NCBI GenBank assembly: GCA_039583695.1 | Contig: JAVKSL010000001.1 | Span: forward strand, 10,926 to 74,925 | DNA from: Acidimicrobiales bacterium | GTDB lineage: Bacteria; Actinomycetota; Acidimicrobiia; Acidimicrobiales; JAJPHD01 | Direction of reading: 5' to 3' | Length of the DNA: 64,000 bases | Shown: piece after piece, positions 1-7,586 of the stretch | Numbering within the stretch: the stretch's first letter is position 1 | Layout of the letters: each line of letters opens with the position of its first letter | Translations under genes and position numbers: made by a program | Notes under the pieces: model-generated | The model's database searches: none | What the model saw: only the letters and a program-made list of their open reading frames with translations | Told to the model about the DNA's origin: nothing

Positions 1-1815
1 TTCTGGGGATTCATCGCCCTGGCATTCACCATCGTCGAGGTCTACGGCGACCTGTTCCAGGCCAACTTCGCCATCCCGGGCATCGGAACCGCCAAGGCGC
101 TCGGTTTCACCGAGGACCTCTTTGCCACCGCCATCCTGGGTGCCATCGTCGTGTTCGCCGTGATCCGCCTCCGCCACCCCCCGAGCAACCGGCAATCGCG
201 CTTCTACGGCTCCCACAACGCCGCCGCCTGGGCGGTGCTGGGGCTCATCGCAGCGGTGATCGCCACCCTGCTCGTCTACCGCGGCGCCCAGATCGACACC
301 GGCAACTTCCCCTACGGCGACACGTGGTGGACCTTCGCCTCCCGCCTGGTCGGCGACGCCCTGTCCCCGCTCGGGCGCCCCGCCAACGCCGACATCGCGA
401 CCGCCTTCGTCCTGGCCCAGATCGGCCTCCTGTGGGGGTTCTTCGTCGTCGTGGTGCGCTCCAAGCACCTCCACATCTTCGTGGCCGAGGCAAACGTGGC
501 TCTCTCCCGCCAGCCACGAGCGCTCGGCGCGCTCGCCACCACCCCCGATCTCGGCCTCTCCGGTGACGGCCCCGGCCCGGCCGAGGACGCCGTGCTGGGC
601 GCGGGGCGCATCGGCCAGCTCTCCTGGAAGCAGCTCCTCGACCTGTGCTCCTGCACAGAGTGCGGCCGCTGCCAGGACGCCTGCCCCGCCTGGGCGACGG
701 ACAAGCCGCTCTCCCCCAAGCTGTTGATCATGGACCTGCGCGACCACCTCCTTGCCAGCGCGCCCGCTCTCCTCGGCAAGGATTGCGCCACGGCCACAGA
801 CCTGGTCCCCTCCGTCGTCGCGCCCGACGTGCTGTGGTCCTGCACCACCTGCGGCGCCTGCGTCGAGGAGTGCCCGGTCGACATCGAGCACGTGGACACC
901 ATCGTCGACATCCGCCGCTACGAGGTCATGATGGAGTCCCGCTTCCCCGCAGAAGCCACCTCCATGCTCCGCAACATGGAAAACCGCGGAGACCCCTGGG
1001 GACTGGGGAAGGCTCACCGCCTCGACTGGACCGCCGGCCTCGACTTCGAGGTCCCCGTGGTCGGCGACACCCTCGACGACGACACGGAATACCTCCTCTG
1101 GGTGGGTTGCGCAGGGGCGCTGGACCAGCGCGCCCGCGCCGCCACCAGGGCGCTCGCCCGGGTCCTGCACTACGCGGGAGTGTCCTTCGCGGTGCTCGGC
1201 CCCCGTGAGTCCTGCACCGGCGACCCGGCGCGCCGCATGGGAAACGAGTACCTGTTCCAGACCCAGGCCACCGAGAACATCGCCGCCCTGAATGGCATCG
1301 GGGCACGCAAGGTCGTGGCCTCCTGCCCCCACTGCTTCAACACCATCGCCAACGAGTACCCAGCCCTGGGCGGCCGATTCGAGGTGGTCCACCACACCAC
1401 CCTGCTCGCCAGCCTGCTCGCCGGGGGCCGCCTCACCCCCACCGTGGCGCTCGACCAGACGGTCACTTACCACGACCCCTGCTACCTGGCCCGCCACAAC
1501 GACATCGTCGCCGCCCCCCGCTCGGTGCTCGACTCGATACCAGCACTCACCAGCGTCGAGATGCACCGCCACGCCAAGCGCACCTTCTGCTGCGGGGCCG
1601 GCGGCTCACGCATGTGGATGGAGGAGCGCACCGGCACCCGCATCAACGTCCGACGCACCGACGAGGCCCTCGCCACCGGCGCGAGCGCGATCGCCGTCGC
1701 CTGCCCCTATTGCATGATCATGCTCGACGACGGTCTCAAGGACCGCCAGAGCCAGGCAAAGGTGATGGACGTCTCCCAGCTGCTCGAAGCCTCGCTCCCG
1801 CCAAAAGATTCATAG
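1..1815 (+). CDS. Membrane-anchored iron-sulfur oxidoreductase, HdrD/GlcF-like (5' end lies outside the window)
   Basis: Frame 1 is open from nt 1 (FWGFIALAFTIVEV...) into tracked ORF 151..1815. Hydrophobic N-terminal segments. Two CxxCxxCxxxCP motifs (CTECGRCQDACP, CTTCGACVEECP). Cysteine-rich CCG-type motifs (CPHCFN, CCGAGG, CPYCMIM). Confidence 0.8.
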   Translation, partial: FWGFIALAFTIVEVYGDLFQANFAIPGIGTAKALGFTEDLFATAILGAIVVFAVIRLRHPPSNRQSRFYGSHNAAAWAVLGLIAAVIATLLVYRGAQIDTGNFPYGDTWWTFASRLVGDALSPLGRPANADIATAFVLAQIGLLWGFFVVVVRSKHLHIFVAEANVALSRQPRALGALATTPDLGLSGDGPGPAEDAVLGAGRIGQLSWKQLLDLCSCTECGRCQDACPAWATDKPLSPKLLIMDLRDHLLASAPALLGKDCATATDLVPSVVAPDVLWSCTTCGACVEECPVDIEHVDTIVDIRRYEVMMESRFPAEATSMLRNMENRGDPWGLGKAHRLDWTAGLDFEVPVVGDTLDDDTEYLLWVGCAGALDQRARAATRALARVLHYAGVSFAVLGPRESCTGDPARRMGNEYLFQTQATENIAALNGIGARKVVASCPHCFNTIANEYPALGGRFEVVHHTTLLASLLAGGRLTPTVALDQTVTYHDPCYLARHNDIVAAPRSVLDSIPALTSVEMHRHAKRTFCCGAGGSRMWMEERTGTRINVRRTDEALATGASAIAVACPYCMIMLDDGLKDRQSQAKVMDVSQLLEASLPPKDS

Positions 1816-2033
1816 AATTTGGGCGCAGCCTGCCACCCTGAAGTGCCCACTCACCAAAGAACCACGCGAGAGGGCCTGGTTGCTTCGCCGCCGTGACTTA
1901 TGCGCCGGCCAAGCTTTCTTGGCGATGCAGGGCGCGCCCGGTTGCCGTTCTTGTCGCGATCGTGACCACTTTTTGGCTCTAAGCGCGACAGCTCAGCCGT
2001 ACGGGCGTGGCGCCCCTCACTTGCTGCGACACA

Positions 2034-2717
2034 TCAGCCCAGCTCGGATCGCGACGTCACCCCGAGGTGCTGGTCGAGCTCGTAGACCATGAGGACGCCG
2101 GTGAGGATCTCCAGCGCAGGGATCTCCTCGTCGGAGATCGACTCGAGGTGCTTGACCAGGGCCCGCAAGCTGTTGCCGTGGGCCACGACCAGCACCACCG
2201 AGCCGGCTCGCAGGTCCGGGACCACCGCGTCGTGCCAGTAGGGCAGGATCCGGGCGATCACGTCGGCCAGGGACTCCCCCGCCGGCACCACATCGGGCGC
2301 CAGGGCGGCGTAGCGAGGGTCATGTCGGGGGTGTCTCGGGTCGTCGAGGTCGAGCTGGGGCGGGCGCACGTCGAAGCTACGCCGCCAGGTCAGGACCTGC
2401 TCGGGGCTGTGACGCTGGGTCATCTCGGCGTGGGTGTGGCCCTCCAGGGCGCCATAGCTGCGCTCGTTGAGCCGCCAGTGCCGCCGGACCGGGATCCACG
2501 ACCGTCCCGCCTCCGCCAGGGCCAGCTCGGCGCTGGCGATCGCCCGAGCCTGCACCGAAGTGTGAACCACGTCCACGCCGAGGCCGGCCATGGCCCTGCC
2601 CGCCGCCCGGGCCTCCTCGACACCCAGCGCGGTGAGGGGAACGTCAGTCCAGCCGGTGAATCGCTTGTCCAGGTTGAAGGTGCTCTGGCCGTGGCGGAGC
2701 AGCACGAGTGTGGGCAC
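2034..2717 (-). CDS. gpmA: 2,3-bisphosphoglycerate-dependent phosphoglycerate mutase
   Basis: [26 protein letters not shown]... histidine-phosphatase signature (RHGxS) and C-terminal [11 protein letters not shown]. Start placed at GTG 2717 ([10 protein letters not shown]); the upstream part of tracked ORF 2034..3047 is non-homologous extension. Confidence 0.85.
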   Translation of the reverse strand: MPTLVLLRHGQSTFNLDKRFTGWTDVPLTALGVEEARAAGRAMAGLGVDVVHTSVQARAIASAELALAEAGRSWIPVRRHWRLNERSYGALEGHTHAEMTQRHSPEQVLTWRRSFDVRPPQLDLDDPRHPRHDPRYAALAPDVVPAGESLADVIARILPYWHDAVVPDLRAGSVVLVVAHGNSLRALVKHLESISDEEIPALEILTGVLMVYELDQHLGVTSRSELG

Positions 2718-2768
2718 GGCAGGCAAGGCTAGCGCCGCGAGACGCACCAGTCGAGGGTGGGCACGAGA

Positions 2769-2801
2769 CTTGACAGGGATAGACTCATATTTCGATATAC
2801 T
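2769..2801 (+). promoter_or_regulatory. dnaK promoter region with a HAIR-like HspR operator candidate and TATACT -10 box
   Basis: CTTGACA-GGGATAG-ACTCATA (2769-2789) matches the HAIR consensus CTTGAGT-N7-ACTCAAG at 5/7 + 5/7. TTGACA (2770-2775) and TATACT (2796-2801) lie in an AT-rich patch 38 nt before the dnaK ATG. hspR ends the operon. Confidence 0.35.
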
Positions 2802-2838
2802 GCTCGTAGTCACTACACAAGATCGGGAGGCAACATCC

Positions 2839-4719
2839 ATGCCCAAGGCAGTCGGCATCGACCTCGGCACCACCAACTCAGTCGTCAGCGTACTAGAAGC
2901 CGGCGAGCCGGCCGTGATCCCCAACGCGGAGGGATCGCGCACCACGCCGTCCGTGGTGGCGTTCTCCAAGTCGGGCGAGGTCCTGGTCGGCGAGGTCGCC
3001 AAGCGCCAGGCCATCACCAACCCAGACCGCACGATCCGCTCGGTCAAGCGTCACATGGGAGAGTCCAGCTGGGGGATCAACATCGACGGCAAGCGCTACA
3101 ACGCCCAGGAGATCAGCGCCCGGATCCTGCAGAAGCTCAAGCGGGATGCCGAGAGCTACCTGGGTGACACCGTCGCCCAGGCCGTCATCACGGTCCCGGC
3201 GTACTTCGACGACGCACAGCGCACAGCCACCAAGGAGGCCGGCCAGATCGCCGGGCTGGAGGTGCTGCGGATCATCAACGAGCCGACCGCCGCGGCTCTC
3301 GCCTACGGGCTGGACAAGGAGGGCGCCGACCAGACCGTGTTGGTGTTCGACCTGGGCGGCGGGACCTTCGACGTGTCGGTGCTGGACATCGGCGAGGGAG
3401 TGTTCGAGGTCAAATCGACCAGCGGCAACACGCATCTGGGTGGAGACGACTGGGACCAGCGGATCATCAACTGGTTGGTCAAGGAGTTCAAGAATACCGA
3501 AGGGGTCGACCTGTCGGTGGACAAGATGGCCCTCCAGCGCCTCCAGGAGGCTGCCGAGAAGGCCAAGATCGAGCTGTCGGCGGTGCAGGAGACTCAGGTC
3601 AACCTGGCGTTCATCACCGCCACCTCCGAAGGCCCCAAGCACCTGGACATCAAGCTCACCCGGGCCAAGTTCCAAGAGCTCACCGCGGATTTGGTGGATG
3701 CCTGCAGGGGTCCGTTCGAGCAGGCCATCAAGGACGCCGGGCTGACCAAGGACAAGATCGACCACGTCATCATGGTTGGTGGGTCGACCAGGATGCCGGC
3801 GATCTACGACCTGGTTCAGGGCCTCACCGGCAAGGAGCCCCACAAGGGGGTCAACCCCGACGAGGTCGTCGCCGTGGGCGCCGCCATCCAGGCCGGGGTG
3901 CTCAAGGGAGAGGTCAAGGATGTCCTTTTGCTCGACGTGACCCCGCTGTCGCTGGGCATCGAGACCAAGGGAGGGATCATGACCCGCCTGATCGAGCGCA
4001 ACACCACGATCCCAACCAAACGCACCGAGGTGTTCACCACGGCCGAGGACTCCCAGCCAAGCGTGGAGATCCACGTGCTCCAGGGCGAGCGGGAGATGGC
4101 CAGCTACAACAAGACCCTGGGCAAGTTCCAGCTCGTCGACCTGCCGCCGGCGCCGCGGGGAATCCCGCAGATCGAGGTGACTTTCGACATCGACGCCAAC
4201 GGGATCGTGCACGTGTCCGCCAAGGACCGGGCAACCAACAAGGAGCAGTCGATGACCATCACCGGCCAGTCGGCGCACTCCAAGGACGACATCGCGGCGA
4301 TGATCCGCGACGCCGAGGCGCATGCCGATGAGGACCGGCGCCGGCGGGAGGAGGCCGAGGTTCGCAACAGCGCCGACACCTTGGTGTACCAGACTGAGAA
4401 GCTGCTGCGCGAGCAGGGCGACAAGATCTCCGGCGATGAGAAGACCAAGGTGGAGGAGGGCCTCAAGGCCCTGAAGGGGGCTGTAGGGGGCTCGGACGTC
4501 GACGCTATCCGCCAGGCCACTGAGACCCTGGTCACTGCCAGCCAGGACTTTGCCCAGCGCCTTTACGAGCAGGCCGCCCAAACCGCCAGCTCCGCCGGTG
4601 GGCCCGGCGCCGATGGCACAGGATCAGGGACAACCGGCTCGGCCTCCGGTTCCGGCGGCGCTGGGCCGGACGAGGAGATAGTGGACGCCGAGATCGTCGA
4701 CGACCCCCCGGCGAAGTGA
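2839..4719 (+). CDS. dnaK: Chaperone DnaK (Hsp70)
   Basis: [20 protein letters not shown]..., [10 protein letters not shown] and VGGSTRMP Hsp70 signatures. ATG 2839 is preceded by GGGAGG. Confidence 0.97.
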   Translation: MPKAVGIDLGTTNSVVSVLEAGEPAVIPNAEGSRTTPSVVAFSKSGEVLVGEVAKRQAITNPDRTIRSVKRHMGESSWGINIDGKRYNAQEISARILQKLKRDAESYLGDTVAQAVITVPAYFDDAQRTATKEAGQIAGLEVLRIINEPTAAALAYGLDKEGADQTVLVFDLGGGTFDVSVLDIGEGVFEVKSTSGNTHLGGDDWDQRIINWLVKEFKNTEGVDLSVDKMALQRLQEAAEKAKIELSAVQETQVNLAFITATSEGPKHLDIKLTRAKFQELTADLVDACRGPFEQAIKDAGLTKDKIDHVIMVGGSTRMPAIYDLVQGLTGKEPHKGVNPDEVVAVGAAIQAGVLKGEVKDVLLLDVTPLSLGIETKGGIMTRLIERNTTIPTKRTEVFTTAEDSQPSVEIHVLQGEREMASYNKTLGKFQLVDLPPAPRGIPQIEVTFDIDANGIVHVSAKDRATNKEQSMTITGQSAHSKDDIAAMIRDAEAHADEDRRRREEAEVRNSADTLVYQTEKLLREQGDKISGDEKTKVEEGLKALKGAVGGSDVDAIRQATETLVTASQDFAQRLYEQAAQTASSAGGPGADGTGSGTTGSASGSGGAGPDEEIVDAEIVDDPPAK

Positions 4720-5507
4720 CGAGCCAACGCCAGGCAAAGGGCGAAGGGGCCCGGCAGCCCGGGCGCGGCTCCGACCAGCGCTCCATGGGCGAGCCCGACC
4801 AGCGCTCCATGGGCGAGCCCGACCAGCGTTCCATGGGCGAGCCCGACCAGCGTTCCATCCCGGGTCAACCGGAGCCAACCTCCCCCATCAACGTCGAGGT
4901 CGAGGAGCGCACGGCGGCTGAGGCGGGGACACGGGGGCCCGAGGGGAGCCGCCCGATCGGTCCCGCACCCGGCGACATTTTGCCGTCGTCGGGGGCGGAG
5001 ACCGGTTCGGGCGGCCCTCAAGCTCCTCACCCGCCGGATGCCCTGACCGTTGCGCTCTCCCAGCGCGACGAGTACCTCGACTCCCTCCGCCACCTGCAGG
5101 CCGACTTCGAGAACTACCGCAAGCGAATGGCCAAGAGCCAGGGCGAGCAGGCCGAGCGCGCCGCGACAGATCTGGTCACCAAGCTGCTGCCGGTCCTCGA
5201 CACCTTGGACATGGCCCTTGCGCATCTAACAGGGACTACCTGCGAAGGCGAGCCCGCGGGGGTCGCCTCCGGCGCCGAAGCGGCCAGCCTCGCCCAAGTG
5301 GGCACGGCCTTGACCGAGGTGCTCACCCGGGCCGGGCTGGAGAGGATCGACCCCCGGGGCCAGGCATTCGACCCCACCGAGCACGACGCAGTCGTGCTCG
5401 ACGCCGACAGCGATGGGGCCGAGCACGAGGTGACCGAGGTGCTCCGAGCCGGCTACCGCTGGAAGGGTCGGGTCCTGCGCCCGGCCATGGTCAAGGTCAG
5501 GGGCTGA
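4716..5507 (+). CDS. grpE: Nucleotide exchange factor GrpE with a long low-complexity N-terminus
   Basis: Core [23 protein letters not shown] ... [19 protein letters not shown] 4716 overlaps the dnaK stop (GTGA). The true start within the low-complexity N-terminus is uncertain. Confidence 0.88.
   Translation: MTSQRQAKGEGARQPGRGSDQRSMGEPDQRSMGEPDQRSMGEPDQRSIPGQPEPTSPINVEVEERTAAEAGTRGPEGSRPIGPAPGDILPSSGAETGSGGPQAPHPPDALTVALSQRDEYLDSLRHLQADFENYRKRMAKSQGEQAERAATDLVTKLLPVLDTLDMALAHLTGTTCEGEPAGVASGAEAASLAQVGTALTEVLTRAGLERIDPRGQAFDPTEHDAVVLDADSDGAEHEVTEVLRAGYRWKGRVLRPAMVKVRG
4771..4858 (+). repeat. 24-bp in-frame tandem repeat (about 3.6 copies) inside grpE
   Basis: CCGACCAGCGCTCCATGGGCGAGC repeated at 4771, 4795, 4819 and partially at 4843. 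It encodes (DQRSMGEP)n. Confidence 0.9.
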
Positions 5508-5514
5508 GCGCCAG

Positions 5515-6657
5515 ATGGCCCCGCAACGGGAGTGGTTCGAGAAGGACTATTACAAAGCCCTTGGGGTCGCCAAGGGTGCCACCGACAAGGAGGTCACCCG
5601 CGCCTACCGCAAGCTTGCCAAGCAGTATCACCCTGACGCCAACCCCGGCGGCGAGGAGCGCTTCAAGGAGGTCTCGGCCGCCTACGAGGTGCTGGGCGAC
5701 CCGGCCAAGCGCAAGGAGTACGACGACGTCCGGGCACTTGGTCCGGTAGGCAACCCATTTGGGGGCACCGGACCCTTCGCCCGGGCGCCGGGCGGCCCTG
5801 GCGGAGCCCCAGGGGGGGCCAGCTTCCGCGTCGACGATCTAGGCGACCTGCTTGGCGGGATATTCAACCGCGGGCGCCAGCGCCCGGCCACCTCAGGACC
5901 CCAGCGGGGCACAGATCTGGAGACCGAGCTGCACCTGTCCTTCGTCGAGGCGGTCGAGGGGGTCACCACGGTGGTCAACGTCATCAGCGATGCCAGTTGC
6001 TCCACCTGTGGCGGGACCGGTGCCGCGCCTGGCACCTCGCCGATCGTGTGCCCCAACTGCGGGGGGCGGGGCGTGGTGGACGACAACCAGGGACTTTTTT
6101 CTTTCAGCATGCCCTGCGCAGAGTGCGCTGGCCGGGGCCTGGTGGTGGAGCATCCCTGTCCCACCTGCCACGGCACGGGAGTGGAGCGCAGAGCCCGCAA
6201 GGTGCGGGTCAGGATCCCGGCCGGGGTGCAGGACAACCAGCGCATCCGGCTGAAGGCAAGGGGGAGCGCGGGGCGCTCCGGCGGGCCACCCGGTGATCTG
6301 TACGTGGTGGTGAAGGTGGGCGCGCACCCAGTCTTCGGTCGAAGGGGCCGCAACCTCACCGTGACCGTCCCGATCACCTTCCCCGAGGCAACGCTCGGTG
6401 CCACCATCACCGTGCCCACCCTGCACGAGCCGGTCTCGCTGCGGATACCTTCGGGCACGCCCAGCGGGAAGACGTTCCGGGTGAGGGGTCGGGGAGTACC
6501 ATCGGGGGATGCCAAGGGGAGCGCTCCAGGGGACCTGCTGGTCACCGTGCAGGTGAACGTGCCGACGCATATGTCACCCGAGCAACGAGCGGCTGTCGAG
6601 GCGCTGGCTGGGACGCTCAACGAGTCCCTCCGCCGCCAGACCGAGCCAGTCGCATGA
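5515..6657 (+). CDS. dnaJ: Co-chaperone DnaJ
   Basis: J domain (DYYKALGV...KLAKQYHPD), G-rich linker, and four CxxCxG zinc-finger repeats (CSTCGGTG, CPNCGGRG, CAECAGRG, CPTCHGTG). Confidence 0.95.
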   Translation: MAPQREWFEKDYYKALGVAKGATDKEVTRAYRKLAKQYHPDANPGGEERFKEVSAAYEVLGDPAKRKEYDDVRALGPVGNPFGGTGPFARAPGGPGGAPGGASFRVDDLGDLLGGIFNRGRQRPATSGPQRGTDLETELHLSFVEAVEGVTTVVNVISDASCSTCGGTGAAPGTSPIVCPNCGGRGVVDDNQGLFSFSMPCAECAGRGLVVEHPCPTCHGTGVERRARKVRVRIPAGVQDNQRIRLKARGSAGRSGGPPGDLYVVVKVGAHPVFGRRGRNLTVTVPITFPEATLGATITVPTLHEPVSLRIPSGTPSGKTFRVRGRGVPSGDAKGSAPGDLLVTVQVNVPTHMSPEQRAAVEALAGTLNESLRRQTEPVA

Positions 6658-6678
6658 CCGGGCCAGTCGCATGACGCC
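6645..6678 (+). repeat. 17-bp tandem duplication at the dnaJ stop / hspR start junction
   Basis: GCCAGTCGCATGACCGG followed by GCCAGTCGCATGACGCC (15/17 identical). The first copy carries the dnaJ TGA and the second carries the hspR ATG. Confidence 0.8.
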
Positions 6679-7045
6679 GGCGGCGAACCGTGCGGTCTAC
6701 GTCATCTCGGTGGCCGCCGAGCTGGCCGGGGTGCACCCCCAGACCCTTCGCATCTACGAGCGCAAAGGCCTGGTGGACCCGGCCCGCACTCTCGGCGGCA
6801 GCCGGCGGTACAGCGATCGCGACATCGCCCGGCTCCAGCGGATACTGGACCTCACCGCGGCTGGGCTCAACCTGGAAGGTGTCCGCCAGGTGATTGCCCT
6901 GGAGGACGAGGTGGAGCGCCTGCGCGCCGAACTGGTCGAGGCCCGCCGCACCGCCGCGGAGGCGGTCGCCGCGACACATCGCCAATACCGCCGCGACCTG
7001 GTGCCCCTCAACCAGTCCCCCGTCCCCTGGCGCGGGAGGCGCTGA
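6671..7045 (+). CDS. hspR: MerR-family heat-shock repressor HspR
   Basis: YVISVAAELAGVHPQTLRIYERKGLVDPARTLGGSRRYSDRDIARLQRI MerR-type HTH. It is the last gene of the dnaK operon, as in other actinobacteria. Confidence 0.9.
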   Translation: MTPAANRAVYVISVAAELAGVHPQTLRIYERKGLVDPARTLGGSRRYSDRDIARLQRILDLTAAGLNLEGVRQVIALEDEVERLRAELVEARRTAAEAVAATHRQYRRDLVPLNQSPVPWRGRR

Positions 7046-7199
7046 CAGCCACAAAGATACGAACGCCTGGTGAGGGCGACCCGGAAACCAGGGATAATCC
7101 TGGGGATTTCCCCAGCACCTCGAAGATGGCGACCGGCAATACTGGCTTCCATGAGCAAGCCAGCCGGGCGCCGAGGTCAGACCCTTCTGGGGGAGGGAG

Positions 7200-7490
7200 A
7201 TGAGAGGGATGCGGTTTGCGGTGGACATCAAACGGGATCCGAACGGCCACTACGAGGGGGCACTGGCCTGGGACGCCCGGGACGAGCCTTTCGAGTTCTC
7301 GGGCCTCTTGGAGCTTCTCTCGGTGATCGAACGAGAGCTCACCGCCGAGGTCAGCCAGGCCGGCCAGGGTGGCACGCCCACCCCCCGAGTGTCTGGGACC
7401 CCGAGACCTGGGATTCCGACGACTGGCGCTGATCTCCCGGATGCCAAGGACCCTGCCAAGGGCCTAATGAGCCAAGCAGCACACCTCTAG
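7200..7490 (+). CDS. Small hypothetical protein (structured N-terminal ~50 aa, Pro/Gly-rich tail)
   Basis: ATG preceded by GGGAGGGAGA. High third-position GC. No recognisable domain. Sits directly upstream of the LuxR-family gene. Confidence 0.4.
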   Translation: MRGMRFAVDIKRDPNGHYEGALAWDARDEPFEFSGLLELLSVIERELTAEVSQAGQGGTPTPRVSGTPRPGIPTTGADLPDAKDPAKGLMSQAAHL

Positions 7491-7586
7491 GTAGCGGGAA
7501 CAGCCAGCAATCCGGTCGGGGGCGGCGAGAACCCCCGACCGGATTGCGGGCACTGGTGGGGCGCGCGTCCGGCGAGGCGACCTAGC

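Noticed and set aside
2893-4581. 562-aa ORF antisense to dnaK. Similar long antisense or shadow ORFs include 10850..12121 opposite clpB, 5682..6620 opposite dnaJ, 23867..25189 and 26014..27201 opposite the Ehr-like genes, 28957..30054, 30201..31262, 44711..45643, 47367..48278, 57537..58682, 58722..59687 and 63172..63978.
   Set aside because: Their products are Arg/Gly/Pro/Leu-rich and low in complexity, with no motifs. They lie opposite genes that have unambiguous conserved signatures. Long stop-free antisense frames are expected at this GC content.
4771-4858. Possible CRISPR-like array, because of the regularly spaced 24-bp repeats.
   Set aside because: The repeats are directly adjacent with no spacers. 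They are in frame inside grpE, and no cas genes are present. This is a coding tandem repeat.
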